Below, in pieces: positions 8,213 through 16,553 of a stretch of 35,128 nt of DNA. This DNA comes from an uncultured bacterium (GTDB taxonomy: Bacteria > Pseudomonadota > Gammaproteobacteria > Steroidobacterales > CBDUSC01), in NCBI GenBank assembly GCA_965369735.1, contig CBDUSC010000001.1, positions 1-35,128 of the forward strand, written 5' to 3'. Made by a program: the position numbers and the translations under genes. Position 1 is the stretch's first letter; each line of letters starts with the position of its first letter. The notes under the pieces were generated by a model. It saw only the letters and a list, made by a program, of their open reading frames with translations. It did no database searches and had not been told where the DNA came from.

Positions 8213-9730
8213 TTACTTGATATCCCCGATAAGCTTTTTGATCGGCGTCACAAAGATCCACATGATGATGCCCGCGCCAACCGATGTTTGTACGATACCC
8301 ATATACAGACCCGGCATCTCCTGAACATTATTCGGGTCGAACTCGCCGGCAAACAAACCCGCAAAAAGATTGCCAAGGGCCGTTGCCAGAAACCAGATAC
8401 CCATCATCTGGCTGACATAGCGCTGTGGCGCAAGTTTTGTTACCGAGCTCAGGCCAACCGGGCTCAGGAACAGCTCACCCATGGTATGCAGCAGGTAGGT
8501 CAGTATCAGCCAGTACGGTGCTGCCGGGTTGCCCGCCACGACGATTTTTGCCGCGAGCACCATGGTGAAAAAGCCCACGCCCAGGATGATCAGGCCGAGT
8601 GCAAACTTCAGCGGTATGGATGGGTTCAGATGACGCCTGGCCAGTGCGACCCACATCATTCCATATACCGGCGCCAGCGCGACAATAAACAATGGGTTGA
8701 TGACCTGGAAATAACCGGCCGGTATTTCCCAGTTGCCAGCCCAGCCCAGGATGCGATCGGTATAGCGTTCGGCGAACAAGTTGAGCGATGAGCCGGCCTG
8801 TTCGAAACCGGACCAGAAAATCGCAGATGCGACAAACAGGATAAGGATGACCACCGTGCGTTTTTTCTCGACGGTATTGAGACCGCCAAAAAACAAAACG
8901 TACCCGAAAAACAAACCGCCCATGCCAAGGATCACAACAGCGGTGTTTTGCGCCATCGAAACCGGGTCGTAATGAACGATGCCGGTAATGCCAAGGAAAT
9001 AGGCCAGGGCTATGGCGCCGCCCATGCCCCATACGGCATACCAGCCCTTGTCCATAACATTGTCATCGGCGTCAGTGCCGTCCTTGTGATGCGGGTGGGC
9101 GCCGTAATCGCCCAGGTAATGCTGGGTTTTGCGGTACTGGATAACACCCAGGAGCATGCCCACACCCGCGGCTGCAAAACCATAATGCCAGTTCACTTCC
9201 TCGCCAAGATAGCTGCAAACCAGCGGTCCCAGCAGCGCGCCGAGATTGATGCCCATGTAGAAAATGGAAAAACCGGCATCGCGCCGCGCGCCCCCTTCGG
9301 GGTACAGCTGGCCAACAATGGCGCTGATGTTGGGTTTCAGCAGCCCGGTGCCGATTACAACCAGTATCAGACCCAGAAAAAACGTTTCGGTACTCGGGAC
9401 CGCGAGGACAAAATGTCCGGACATAATGATCAAGCCGCCGTACCAGACGGATTTTTGCTGACCCAGCAGGCGATCTGCGATCCACCCGCCTGGCAAGGCA
9501 ACCAGGTATACACCGGCTGTATAAAGCCCATAAATTGCGGTCGCCATTTTGTCGTCAAGACCAAGACCACCGCTTTGCACCGCGTCGACCATGAACAGCA
9601 CCAGCAAGGCGCGCATGCCGTAATAACTGAAACGTTCCCACATTTCGGTGAAAAACAGGGTAGCCAGACCACGCGGGTGCTTTTGGCTTTGGGGCATCTC
9701 GTCCGCAGTCGCGGTAACGGAATCGCTCAT
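8213..9730 (-). CDS. POT/PTR2-family proton-dependent di-/tripeptide permease
   Basis: 505 aa. PTR2 signature FFTEMWERFSYYGMRALLVLF near the N-terminus. About 14 hydrophobic segments. Confidence 0.92.
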   Translation of the reverse strand: MSDSVTATADEMPQSQKHPRGLATLFFTEMWERFSYYGMRALLVLFMVDAVQSGGLGLDDKMATAIYGLYTAGVYLVALPGGWIADRLLGQQKSVWYGGLIIMSGHFVLAVPSTETFFLGLILVVIGTGLLKPNISAIVGQLYPEGGARRDAGFSIFYMGINLGALLGPLVCSYLGEEVNWHYGFAAAGVGMLLGVIQYRKTQHYLGDYGAHPHHKDGTDADDNVMDKGWYAVWGMGGAIALAYFLGITGIVHYDPVSMAQNTAVVILGMGGLFFGYVLFFGGLNTVEKKRTVVILILFVASAIFWSGFEQAGSSLNLFAERYTDRILGWAGNWEIPAGYFQVINPLFIVALAPVYGMMWVALARRHLNPSIPLKFALGLIILGVGFFTMVLAAKIVVAGNPAAPYWLILTYLLHTMGELFLSPVGLSSVTKLAPQRYVSQMMGIWFLATALGNLFAGLFAGEFDPNNVQEMPGLYMGIVQTSVGAGIIMWIFVTPIKKLIGDIK

Positions 9731-9781
9731 TGTTTTTATGTCCTGGTGCGCCCGTCGGGCACTTTTTTTTGCTAGCGCATG

Positions 9782-9810
9782 TTTTTAGGAGGATTCTGGC
9801 CGCGAGTCAA
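9782..9810 (-). promoter_or_regulatory. Candidate sigma70 promoter for the POT permease
   Basis: On the minus strand: TTGACT (9810-9805), a 17-nt spacer, then TAAAAA (9787-9782). It lies about 50 nt upstream of the ATG at 9730. Sequence match only. Confidence 0.3.
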
Positions 9811-9866
9811 ATATTTTGCGTTGCAACAGCCTTGATTCCAACCCTCGTACTCCCATACAGAAATCC

Positions 9867-9900
9867 AAAAAAAAGCCGGCAACAGGGTTACCGGCTTTTT
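9867..9900. terminator. Bidirectional rho-independent terminator after the BI-1 gene
   Basis: A8-GCCGGCAAC-AGG-GTTACCGGC-T5. The stem is 9 bp with one mismatch. On the minus strand it is followed by T8, 28 nt downstream of the stop at 9923. Confidence 0.75.
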
Positions 9901-9922
9901 GGCAATTGTGAAACGACTGAGT

Positions 9923-10615
9923 TCAGTCGCCCGAAAATGTCATCAAAAAGCGCATCATGTACCAGAGCATCAGCGCAATCGATGCAAAAAGCTGTAAAGC
10001 TGCGCCTACATACTGATCGTCGTTGTACTGGTGCAGCACGTTGGATGTGTCATAGAGCACCGCGGCACCGGCAAAACCGATCATGGCTACCGAGAACCAT
10101 AAACCCAGGCTCGCGCCACCGATGACGGCAAATGCGATCGCGCCAATTGCGAGAAAGCTGCCCCACATCAGGAAGCCACGCAGGAACGAGAAGTCCTTGC
10201 GGGTGAAAAAAGCGATCATTGTCAGGGCTGTGAAACCCGCGCCCGTCCAGATCGCTGCTTTTATCGTGACACCCGGGGCCATGGCTTCACCCATGTAGAT
10301 CACCGGTACAAACATGACCGCCCACGCCAGCACGAAGACAAAGAGTGCAAGGTATTGGGACGGTCTTGATTTGGCCGCGTGGGCGGCATGCGTCGCGACC
10401 CAGCTGACGAGCATGAACGCACCAAGAATCAGCAGCCAGTTGACACCGGCCATTTTTGAGACGATTGCCTCGGCCATACCCGATGTGAACAACCACCACT
10501 CCATGCCGACAAACAGCAGGATAGCGCCCAGCAGGTGCTGGTAGGTCTTGACGATAAAATCAGCCTTGGCCGCTGCCGGGTTCATGGTGGCTGCGGTGAC
10601 TCTGTACTCTTGCAT
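9923..10615 (-). CDS. Bax inhibitor-1/YccA-family membrane protein
   Basis: 230 aa with seven hydrophobic segments. The N-terminal FIVKTYQHLLGAILLF and the C-terminal GAALQLFASIALMLWYMMRFL are typical of the BI-1/YccA (UPF0005) family. Confidence 0.85.
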   Translation of the reverse strand: MQEYRVTAATMNPAAAKADFIVKTYQHLLGAILLFVGMEWWLFTSGMAEAIVSKMAGVNWLLILGAFMLVSWVATHAAHAAKSRPSQYLALFVFVLAWAVMFVPVIYMGEAMAPGVTIKAAIWTGAGFTALTMIAFFTRKDFSFLRGFLMWGSFLAIGAIAFAVIGGASLGLWFSVAMIGFAGAAVLYDTSNVLHQYNDDQYVGAALQLFASIALMLWYMMRFLMTFSGD

Positions 10616-10737
10616 TAGTATTTCCCTATCTGTTCTGGCACGTGATTATAACCTTTGAGCATGGCCACAATCACAGGTTCATTGAATCAAATCCGGATAA
10701 TCAGGCCCGGAATCAGGCCCAAAACCCGGGCACACAT

Positions 10738-11124
10738 CTATTTGCTGGCCGCTGCCATTTTTTCCATGCAGCCGGGGATCTCCTTGCTCTCGACCAGGAC
10801 CGGTTCCCAGTCGGGTAATTTCGGATCCTCAAACCTGCCTACATAGGAATATTGCGTGCAGGGCGCGATAGACACATGCCAGCTTCTTTTGTGCACCTTG
10901 CCGCGCACCCAGGGGTTATCCGGTACGGCACTGATGACAAATGTACCCTTTTCCAGGCGAATCTTGTTTTCCGTTACCTCGACGCCATTGACCGCAATTA
11001 TCACCAGTGAAAATTCGTTGTCGTCCGGTTTGTCATTTGGAGATTTGCCGATGAAGTAGCTGTATTGCGTAGACGAACAGCCGGCAAGTGCTGCTATGAA
11101 TAACAAACATATTGATCTGACCAT
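10738..11124 (-). CDS. Small lipoprotein of unknown function
   Basis: I start it at ATG 11124 (MVRSICLLFIAALAG|CSS, lipobox LAGC), preceded by GGGGGTGAA. The 184-aa track ORF would overlap tatC. 128 aa, with no recognisable family. Confidence 0.6.
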   Translation of the reverse strand: MVRSICLLFIAALAGCSSTQYSYFIGKSPNDKPDDNEFSLVIIAVNGVEVTENKIRLEKGTFVISAVPDNPWVRGKVHKRSWHVSIAPCTQYSYVGRFEDPKLPDWEPVLVESKEIPGCMEKMAAASK

Positions 11125-11179
11125 TTCACCCCCCGTGAATGGTGTTCCCTGCCGGCTTGGCAGCGGACTGATTATAATG

Positions 11180-11965
11180 CTACCCGTGTTCCCCGTCGGT
11201 AGTGGATTGCTCTTCAACTTCACGATGACCAGGTACCAGGATGCGCGACATGATGATGCCGGCTTCAAACAAAAGGTAAACAGGTAGCGCAAGCAGCGTT
11301 TGCGAGATGATATCGGGTGGCGTCAGCAGCATACCCATTATGAAAGCGCCAAGAAATACATAGGCACGTATGGATCCCAGGCGTGCCGGTGTCACAAAAC
11401 CTGTCCATACCAGCAATACGGTGACTACCGGCACCTCGAATGCAATGCCAAAGGCAAAAAACAAGACGAGTACGAAATCAAGGTAGTTTGCAATGTCGGT
11501 CATGACTGCAACCCCTTCGGGTGCGACCGCATTGAAAAAAGCGAACATCAGAGGAAATACAAGGTAATACGCGAATGCGATACCGAGATAGAACAGCGAA
11601 ACGCTGGATACCATCAAGGGCACTACCAGTCGTTTTTCCTGCTTGTACAGGCCAGGCGCGATAAACGACCATGCCTGGTAAAGAATGACAGGCATGGCAA
11701 AAAAAATCGCGACGACCAGCGTCAACTTGAATGGGATAAGAAATGGCGATGCGACCTGTGTCGCAATCATCGTCGACTGTTCCGGGAGCTGTTCAATCAA
11801 TGGCAATGCGACAAAACGGAACAGCTGTTCCTTAAAGGGTATCAATACAAGAAACAGGACCAGCACCGCGACGCTGATCCGCAACAACCTGGATCGTAAT
11901 TCAAACAGGTGTGAAAGCAGACTCGCTTCAGATGAGGTATCGGATTCCTGGTCAGTCGTGTCCAT
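11180..11965 (-). CDS. tatC: Twin-arginine translocase subunit TatC
   Basis: 261 aa with six TM segments. SHLFELRSRLLRISVAVLV, PFLIPFKL and the PPD(I/V)ISQ motif are typical of TatC. Confidence 0.93.
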   Translation of the reverse strand: MDTTDQESDTSSEASLLSHLFELRSRLLRISVAVLVLFLVLIPFKEQLFRFVALPLIEQLPEQSTMIATQVASPFLIPFKLTLVVAIFFAMPVILYQAWSFIAPGLYKQEKRLVVPLMVSSVSLFYLGIAFAYYLVFPLMFAFFNAVAPEGVAVMTDIANYLDFVLVLFFAFGIAFEVPVVTVLLVWTGFVTPARLGSIRAYVFLGAFIMGMLLTPPDIISQTLLALPVYLLFEAGIIMSRILVPGHREVEEQSTTDGEHG

Positions 11966-12230
11966 CTGAATCCGGCTTGTTTGCGGCGGGATCTATCGTT
12001 TCTTCTGCAGCAACCGTATTGGCGGGCTGCGGCCTCGACTTCTCGAGATCACGCACTTTATCCAGCGCCAGTTCCTGTTCCATTTGAATACGGAGACTCC
12101 GCACCATGGCTCGACCGCGGCCGGCCCAGTGGCCGAGCTTTGCGGCCACGCGCGGTAGCTTCTCCGGACCAAGGATCAGCAGGCCCAGACCAAAAATGAA
12201 AATGAGTTCCCAAAAACCGACATCGAACAT
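11952..12230 (-). CDS. tatB: Twin-arginine translocase subunit TatB (short form)
   Basis: MFDVGFWELIFIFGLGLLILGPEKLPRVAAKLGHWAGRGRAMV matches the TatB N-terminus. It overlaps the tatC start by 14 nt. It lies second in the tatA-tatB-tatC order. Confidence 0.85.
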   Translation of the reverse strand: MFDVGFWELIFIFGLGLLILGPEKLPRVAAKLGHWAGRGRAMVRSLRIQMEQELALDKVRDLEKSRPQPANTVAAEETIDPAANKPDSDGHD

Positions 12231-12274
12231 GGCGAATATGCGTGCAGGCTAGTGTAGACGATGCACTATCGTGA

Positions 12275-12556
12275 CTATTTGTTGTGTTCCCGGTCTTCGA
12301 TGTCAGAAGAACTGAAATCGGCGTCGGGTTTTTCGTTATGGAGTTGCTGTGTACCGCCCTGGCCCTGGGCATCATTCCCGGCGCTATCATCCGCGGGGCT
12401 ACCGTCGGTGCCGCCATCATCCATGGCCTTGCGGAAACCCTTGACTGCACCGCCAAGATCGCTGCCGATGGAGCGCATGCGCTTGGTACCAAAAATAACC
12501 ACCACGATCAGTAAAATGATCAGGAGTTGCCAAAGACTAATACCGCCCAGACCCAT
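12275..12556 (-). CDS. tatA: Twin-arginine translocase subunit TatA/E
   Basis: [45 protein letters not shown] is the canonical TatA TM segment plus amphipathic helix. Confidence 0.9.
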   Translation of the reverse strand: MGLGGISLWQLLIILLIVVVIFGTKRMRSIGSDLGGAVKGFRKAMDDGGTDGSPADDSAGNDAQGQGGTQQLHNEKPDADFSSSDIEDREHNK

Positions 12557-12587
12557 GTAATTTCTCCACTGCGCTTGTGAACCTCAA

Positions 12588-13037
12588 TCATACGCCTGGC
12601 GCGGCGTGTAGCCAAAAAGTAACGGGTCCATCATTGGTCAGAGTGACGTTCATATGTGCGCCAAACCGGCCGGTTTGTACAATCGCGTGTCTGTCCCTGG
12701 CAAGCCCGACCAGGTGATTGAACAATTGCTCGCCCTCTTCGGGGTTGGCGGCAGGCGTAAAACTGGCGCGGGTTCCCTTTTTCGTATTGGCGGCAAGGGT
12801 GAACTGCGGCACCAGCATCAGGCCGCCGCCAGTATCTGCAAGACTGAGATTCATGCGCCCGCTTTCGTCTGGAAACACCCGATAGCTCAGCAGCCGCTGC
12901 AGCAACCGGGCTGCCTGATCCACTGTGTCTGCCTTTTCGACGCCAACAAGCACCACCAGGCCCTCTTTGATGCCTGCGATCTGAGTGTCATCGACAACCA
13001 CCTCGGCATGGGTCACTTTTTGCAACAACCCGATCAT
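12588..13037 (-). CDS. dtd: D-aminoacyl-tRNA deacylase
   Basis: From ATG 13037: MIGLLQKVTHAEVVVDD...GLVVLVGVEK...NLSL...GGLMLVPQFTLAA...KG.R.SF...GRFGAHM.V.L.NDGPVTFWL. These are Dtd family hallmarks, at about 149 aa. The upstream extension to 13091 has no family support. Confidence 0.88.
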   Translation of the reverse strand: MIGLLQKVTHAEVVVDDTQIAGIKEGLVVLVGVEKADTVDQAARLLQRLLSYRVFPDESGRMNLSLADTGGGLMLVPQFTLAANTKKGTRASFTPAANPEEGEQLFNHLVGLARDRHAIVQTGRFGAHMNVTLTNDGPVTFWLHAAPGV

Positions 13038-13121
13038 GCGCGCGCCTTTTTGGAAAACGGCAATCAGGCGCTTTCCTGTATGGAACGTCAAGCTTTGGCC
13101 GCATACAGCCCCCGGCGGTCA

Positions 13122-13221
13122 CTGCAGACTGTCCGGAGCCAAAACGCGTCGCCGGATGTCCAGGGACGGTGAATACCGGCCAGCGGTTTGGCTGGCAAGG
13201 ACGCCACCGTGGCCCCGGGAT
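13122..13221. other. GC-rich structured segment: one long imperfect hairpin plus one perfect all-GC hairpin
   Basis: Arms at 13122-13144 and 13165-13184 pair (GCCAAA/TTTGGC, CGC/GCG, GCCGG/CCGGC) around a 20-nt loop. At 13200-13221, GGCCCCGGG-ATAG-CCCGGGGCC is a perfect 9-bp stem. Neither strand has a U-tract. No ORF support. Confidence 0.4.
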
Positions 13222-13284
13222 AGCCCGGGGCCCGGCTTAAAACCCCATCTTCCATAAGTTTTGCTCAAAAAATAGATAAGGAAA

Positions 13285-13357
13285 CCCACTTTTGATTATT
13301 AATATTATAAGTGGGAAAATTAATCTTAACTTAGGCATAAAATTACAGCAAAGTGGT
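13285..13357. promoter_or_regulatory. AT-rich island with an inverted repeat plus a direct copy of an AAGTGG motif (candidate operator/promoter region)
   Basis: CCCACTT (13285-13291) and AAGTGGG (13309-13315) flank a 17-nt almost pure A/T spacer. A third copy, AAGTGGT, is at 13351-13357. TATAAT occurs on the minus strand (13309-13304). TGgTAAATT (extended -10 like) is on the plus strand at 13354-13362. Confidence 0.35.
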
Positions 13358-13452
13358 AAATTATATCGACTTCAGAGGTTCAAAATCGATACTGGCCTGA
13401 GCAGCGCTCAATCAGGCATTATGCTGAGCCACCCCGGTTTGGAGCCAAAAAA

Positions 13453-14550
13453 ATGAAAAGACGCGATGTGCTCAAGGGTATTGGAGCGGGCGCAGCTGCC
13501 GCAGGGATCAGCGCCTGCGCGCCCAAAACCGAAGTCACCGCAAGCAAAGGACCGGTCGAGACCTTTGAGTGGAAAATGGTGACCACCTGGCCACCCAATT
13601 TTCCGGGAGCAGGAACAGGTGCTGTCGATCTCGCCGAGATGATTGAAAAAAACAGCGCCGGGCGGCTCAAAATCCGGGTTTATGGCGGCGGCGAACTGGT
13701 TCCCGCGTTCGAAGTATTTGATGCTGTATCCGGTGGTACCGCCGAAATGGGTCATGGCGCATCGTATTACTGGAAAGGAAAATCCGAAGCGACACAGTTT
13801 TTTGCGGCAGTGCCGTTTGGCATGAACGCACAACAAATGAATGCCTGGTTGTACCAGGGCGGTGGTATGGAGCTGTGGCGCGAGATTTACGAACCATTCA
13901 ATCTCATTCCGACGGCCGCCGGGAATACCGGGATGCAAATGGGTGGCTGGTTCAACAAGGAAATCAATGGCATTGAGGATCTCAAAGGCCTGAACATGCG
14001 GATACCGGGCCTTGGTGGCGAGGTTCTGGCACGCGCCGGTGGTAACCCGGTAACTGTTCCCGGTTCGGAGATTTTCACGGCGTTGCAAACGGGCGCCATC
14101 GACGCTGCCGAGTGGATTGGTCCCTACAATGACATGGCGTTCGGCATGCACAAGGCCGCAAAATATTATTACTACCCTGGATGGCACGAACCCTGCGCAA
14201 CGCTGGAGTGCATGATCAACAAGACCGCGATCGAGGCGCTGCCACAGGATTTGCAGGGCATCGTTTTTACCGCATGTGCTGCTGAGAATGACCTGATGCT
14301 CGCCGAATACACCGCGCAAAATAACAGGGCGCTGCAGATCTTGCGTGACGAACACGATGTGATTCCAAGACCCTTCCCCGATGATGTTCTAAGATTGTTG
14401 CTCGATTTGTCGCGCGAGGTTCTTGAGGAACTCGCTGAAAAAGACGCATCGGTGAGAAAGGTGTATGAGTCCTATCGAAGTTTCCAGGAACGCGCCAACG
14501 AGCTGCAAAAAATCACGGATCAGCCGTTTTTTGACATCCAGCTGGCCTGA
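13453..14550 (+). CDS. TRAP transporter substrate-binding protein (DctP family) with a twin-arginine signal
   Basis: 365 aa. MKRRDVLKGIGAGAAAAGISAC is a Tat-type signal ending in a lipobox-like ISAC. The mature part (WKMVTTWPPNFPG..., GGELVPAFEVFDAVSGGTAEMGH, YYYYPGWHEP) resembles the periplasmic component of the TRAP mannitol/chloroaromatic-type family. Confidence 0.88.
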   Translation: MKRRDVLKGIGAGAAAAGISACAPKTEVTASKGPVETFEWKMVTTWPPNFPGAGTGAVDLAEMIEKNSAGRLKIRVYGGGELVPAFEVFDAVSGGTAEMGHGASYYWKGKSEATQFFAAVPFGMNAQQMNAWLYQGGGMELWREIYEPFNLIPTAAGNTGMQMGGWFNKEINGIEDLKGLNMRIPGLGGEVLARAGGNPVTVPGSEIFTALQTGAIDAAEWIGPYNDMAFGMHKAAKYYYYPGWHEPCATLECMINKTAIEALPQDLQGIVFTACAAENDLMLAEYTAQNNRALQILRDEHDVIPRPFPDDVLRLLLDLSREVLEELAEKDASVRKVYESYRSFQERANELQKITDQPFFDIQLA

Positions 14551-14562
14551 GCCAGACCAGAT

Positions 14563-15939
14563 CTAGCCGCCGAGCAGTTTTTGCGGCAACCACGTTGCAA
14601 GTTGCGGCCACAAGGCCAGCAAGCCCAGCGCAATAAGTTGTATTGCGACAAACGGCATGACGCCGCGATAAATCTGGGCCGTAGTAATACTCGCCGGTGC
14701 AACACCACGCAGATAGAACAATGCAAAACCGAATGGTGGCGTCAGGAATGAGGTTTGCAGGTTGATCGCTATCATGACACCCAGCCAGATCGGATCGAGA
14801 CCCATTGCCAGCAATACCGGGCCGACAATCGGAACCACGACAAATGTAATCTCGATAAAGTCGAGCACAAAACCAAGCAAAAACATCACCAGCATCACGA
14901 CGAATACTGCACCGAACACACCGCCGGGCAGGTTTCGCAGCAGGCCGTGAACCACTTCATCGCCACCATATCCACGGAACACCAGCGAGAAAACGGATGC
15001 ACCTATCAAGATCAGGAATACCATGCTGCTGATGCGTGTGGTAGTGCGCATGACCTGTTGCAGGCGTTTGCGATCCAGTTCTCTTTTTAACAGCGCGAGC
15101 AAGGTGGCGCCAATAGCGCCAACGGCCGCTGCTTCTGTTGGTGTTGCGAAACCACCCAGTATGGAGCCGAGCACCGCCAGGATGAGAAACAACGGCGGCA
15201 ACAAAACTATCACTACCCGGCGCAGCAACTGCCAGCGATCGGAAACCAGCTCGTTTTCCGGCACCGCCGGTGTGAGTTTTGGTTTGAATATCGCGACACC
15301 AACCAGGTACAGCATGTATAGCGCCACAAGCATCAGACCAGGCAGGAACGCACCAGCGAACAAGTCGCCAACGGATACGGTTTTTGGCGAGAAAATGCCT
15401 TGATCAAGCTGCGCTTTTTGAAATGCGGCAGACAAAACATCGCCAAGCAGGACGAGAATGATGGAAGGTGGAATGATCTGACCGAGCGTCCCGGACGCAC
15501 AGATGATTCCGGTGGCGATACGCGGATCATAACCACGCTTCAGCATGGTCGGTAGTGACAGCAGACCCATTGTCACTACCGTTGCGCCAACAATACCGGT
15601 GCTCGCGGCCAGCAGCATGCCTACAAGTGTTACGGACAAACCCAGACCGCCGCGCAATTTTCCGAACAAGAGGCTCAGTGTTTCCAGCAAGCTTTCGGCG
15701 ATACGCGATCGCTCCAGCATGACGCCCATGAAAACGAATAACGGTACTGCGATCAGTGTTTCATTGGTCATGATGCCGAAAAGACGGCTTGGCATGGCGG
15801 TCAGGAATGATGCATCAAACCATCCCGTCAGGACGCCATAAAAAGCAAACATCAAAGCAGTACCCGCCAGCGAAAACGCTACAGGGAAGCCTGCGAGAAG
15901 GACAACGATGACGGTGAGAAACAGGGCAAGCGCAATCAT
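14563..15939 (-). CDS. TRAP transporter large permease (DctM family)
   Basis: 458 aa and polytopic. DctM-like segments are present throughout (FSLAGTALMF, LIAVPLFVFMG, PPSIILV). Confidence 0.9.
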   Translation of the reverse strand: MIALALFLTVIVVLLAGFPVAFSLAGTALMFAFYGVLTGWFDASFLTAMPSRLFGIMTNETLIAVPLFVFMGVMLERSRIAESLLETLSLLFGKLRGGLGLSVTLVGMLLAASTGIVGATVVTMGLLSLPTMLKRGYDPRIATGIICASGTLGQIIPPSIILVLLGDVLSAAFQKAQLDQGIFSPKTVSVGDLFAGAFLPGLMLVALYMLYLVGVAIFKPKLTPAVPENELVSDRWQLLRRVVIVLLPPLFLILAVLGSILGGFATPTEAAAVGAIGATLLALLKRELDRKRLQQVMRTTTRISSMVFLILIGASVFSLVFRGYGGDEVVHGLLRNLPGGVFGAVFVVMLVMFLLGFVLDFIEITFVVVPIVGPVLLAMGLDPIWLGVMIAINLQTSFLTPPFGFALFYLRGVAPASITTAQIYRGVMPFVAIQLIALGLLALWPQLATWLPQKLLGG

Positions 15940-15944
15940 GCCAG

Positions 15945-16553
15945 CTACACCTTCGGGGAAAGATATTCGTGCTCGTCGGCGGGTGCGTTATCAACACCAT
16001 CGTCGCCACCGTTTTTCAGGATCAGTATATTTTCGATAAGTTGCGCCAGGCCTTGCAAACTCAGCAGTAGCGCAGATAGTGGAATAACGGTTTTTAATAA
16101 ATACAATGCCGGTAAGCCACCTGCCTCACGTGAGGCTTCGCCAACTGCCCAGGAGCTGGCAACATACCCAATGCTGGATAAAAAAATGAAAATCGTGGTT
16201 GGCAACAAGAGCAACAGCGTGCCGGCGATATTCACCAGTGCTTTGTGTTTTGGCGTCATGTCGCGGTAGAAAATATCGACGCGCACGTGTTCGTCGCGAC
16301 TCAGGGTGTAAGCCGCTGCCAGCATGAACACCAAAGCATGCATCCAGGTCACTGATTCCTGTAACCAGATCCATCCAAGGCTGAATGCATAACGAAATAT
16401 CACTACGACTACGGTCACAAGGACCATGGCCAGGGTCAGCCATGAAATGGTCTGCCCGATCAATTCATTGACCCGGGTAACTATTATTGTGATGGGGCTG
16501 GCAATGGGATTTATTCCAGGATCTTGCGCAGTCTGACGAGGCGACGATCCCAC
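15945..16553 (-). CDS. TRAP transporter small permease (DctQ family)
   Basis: 202 aa with four hydrophobic segments. It lies 5 nt upstream of the DctM gene. The only ATG start overlaps the upstream SRPBCC gene by 43 nt. Confidence 0.8.
   Translation of the reverse strand: MGSSPRQTAQDPGINPIASPITIIVTRVNELIGQTISWLTLAMVLVTVVVVIFRYAFSLGWIWLQESVTWMHALVFMLAAAYTLSRDEHVRVDIFYRDMTPKHKALVNIAGTLLLLLPTTIFIFLSSIGYVASSWAVGEASREAGGLPALYLLKTVIPLSALLLSLQGLAQLIENILILKNGGDDGVDNAPADEHEYLSPKV

Noticed and set aside
9746-9770. GC hairpin followed by T8 on the plus strand, which looks like a terminator.
   Set aside because: No plus-strand gene ends upstream of it. It lies 16-40 nt upstream of the minus-strand POT start, so it is more likely part of the POT 5' leader. 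The stem is only 4-5 bp.
10699-10720. Tandem direct repeat AATCAGGCCC-GG-AATCAGGCCC downstream of the small lipoprotein gene.
   Set aside because: There are only two 10-nt copies and no further array, so it is not CRISPR-like. It may contribute to a weak hairpin (GCCCGG...CCGGGC). This is too little to assign any function.
13092-13235. The GC-rich structured segment as a known riboswitch, 6S RNA or SRP RNA.
   Set aside because: I could not find the conserved cores I know for cobalamin, TPP, glycine or guanidine-I riboswitches, or for 4.5S RNA (GGAAGCAGCC). It is kept only as an unclassified structure in the findings.
13408-14355. Long antisense ORFs: this 315-aa one, and also 20678-21559, 8948-9775, 8195-8791, 6534-7115, 5736-6254, 11300-11899, 26609-27217 and 24748-25359.
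   Set aside because: Each lies entirely opposite a gene with strong family motifs (TRAP binding protein, uvrD, POT, M2, OPT, tatC, bioH, SURF1/bioD). Their translations are low-complexity and Arg/Cys/His-rich with no family signatures. These are typical shadow ORFs of a GC-rich genome.
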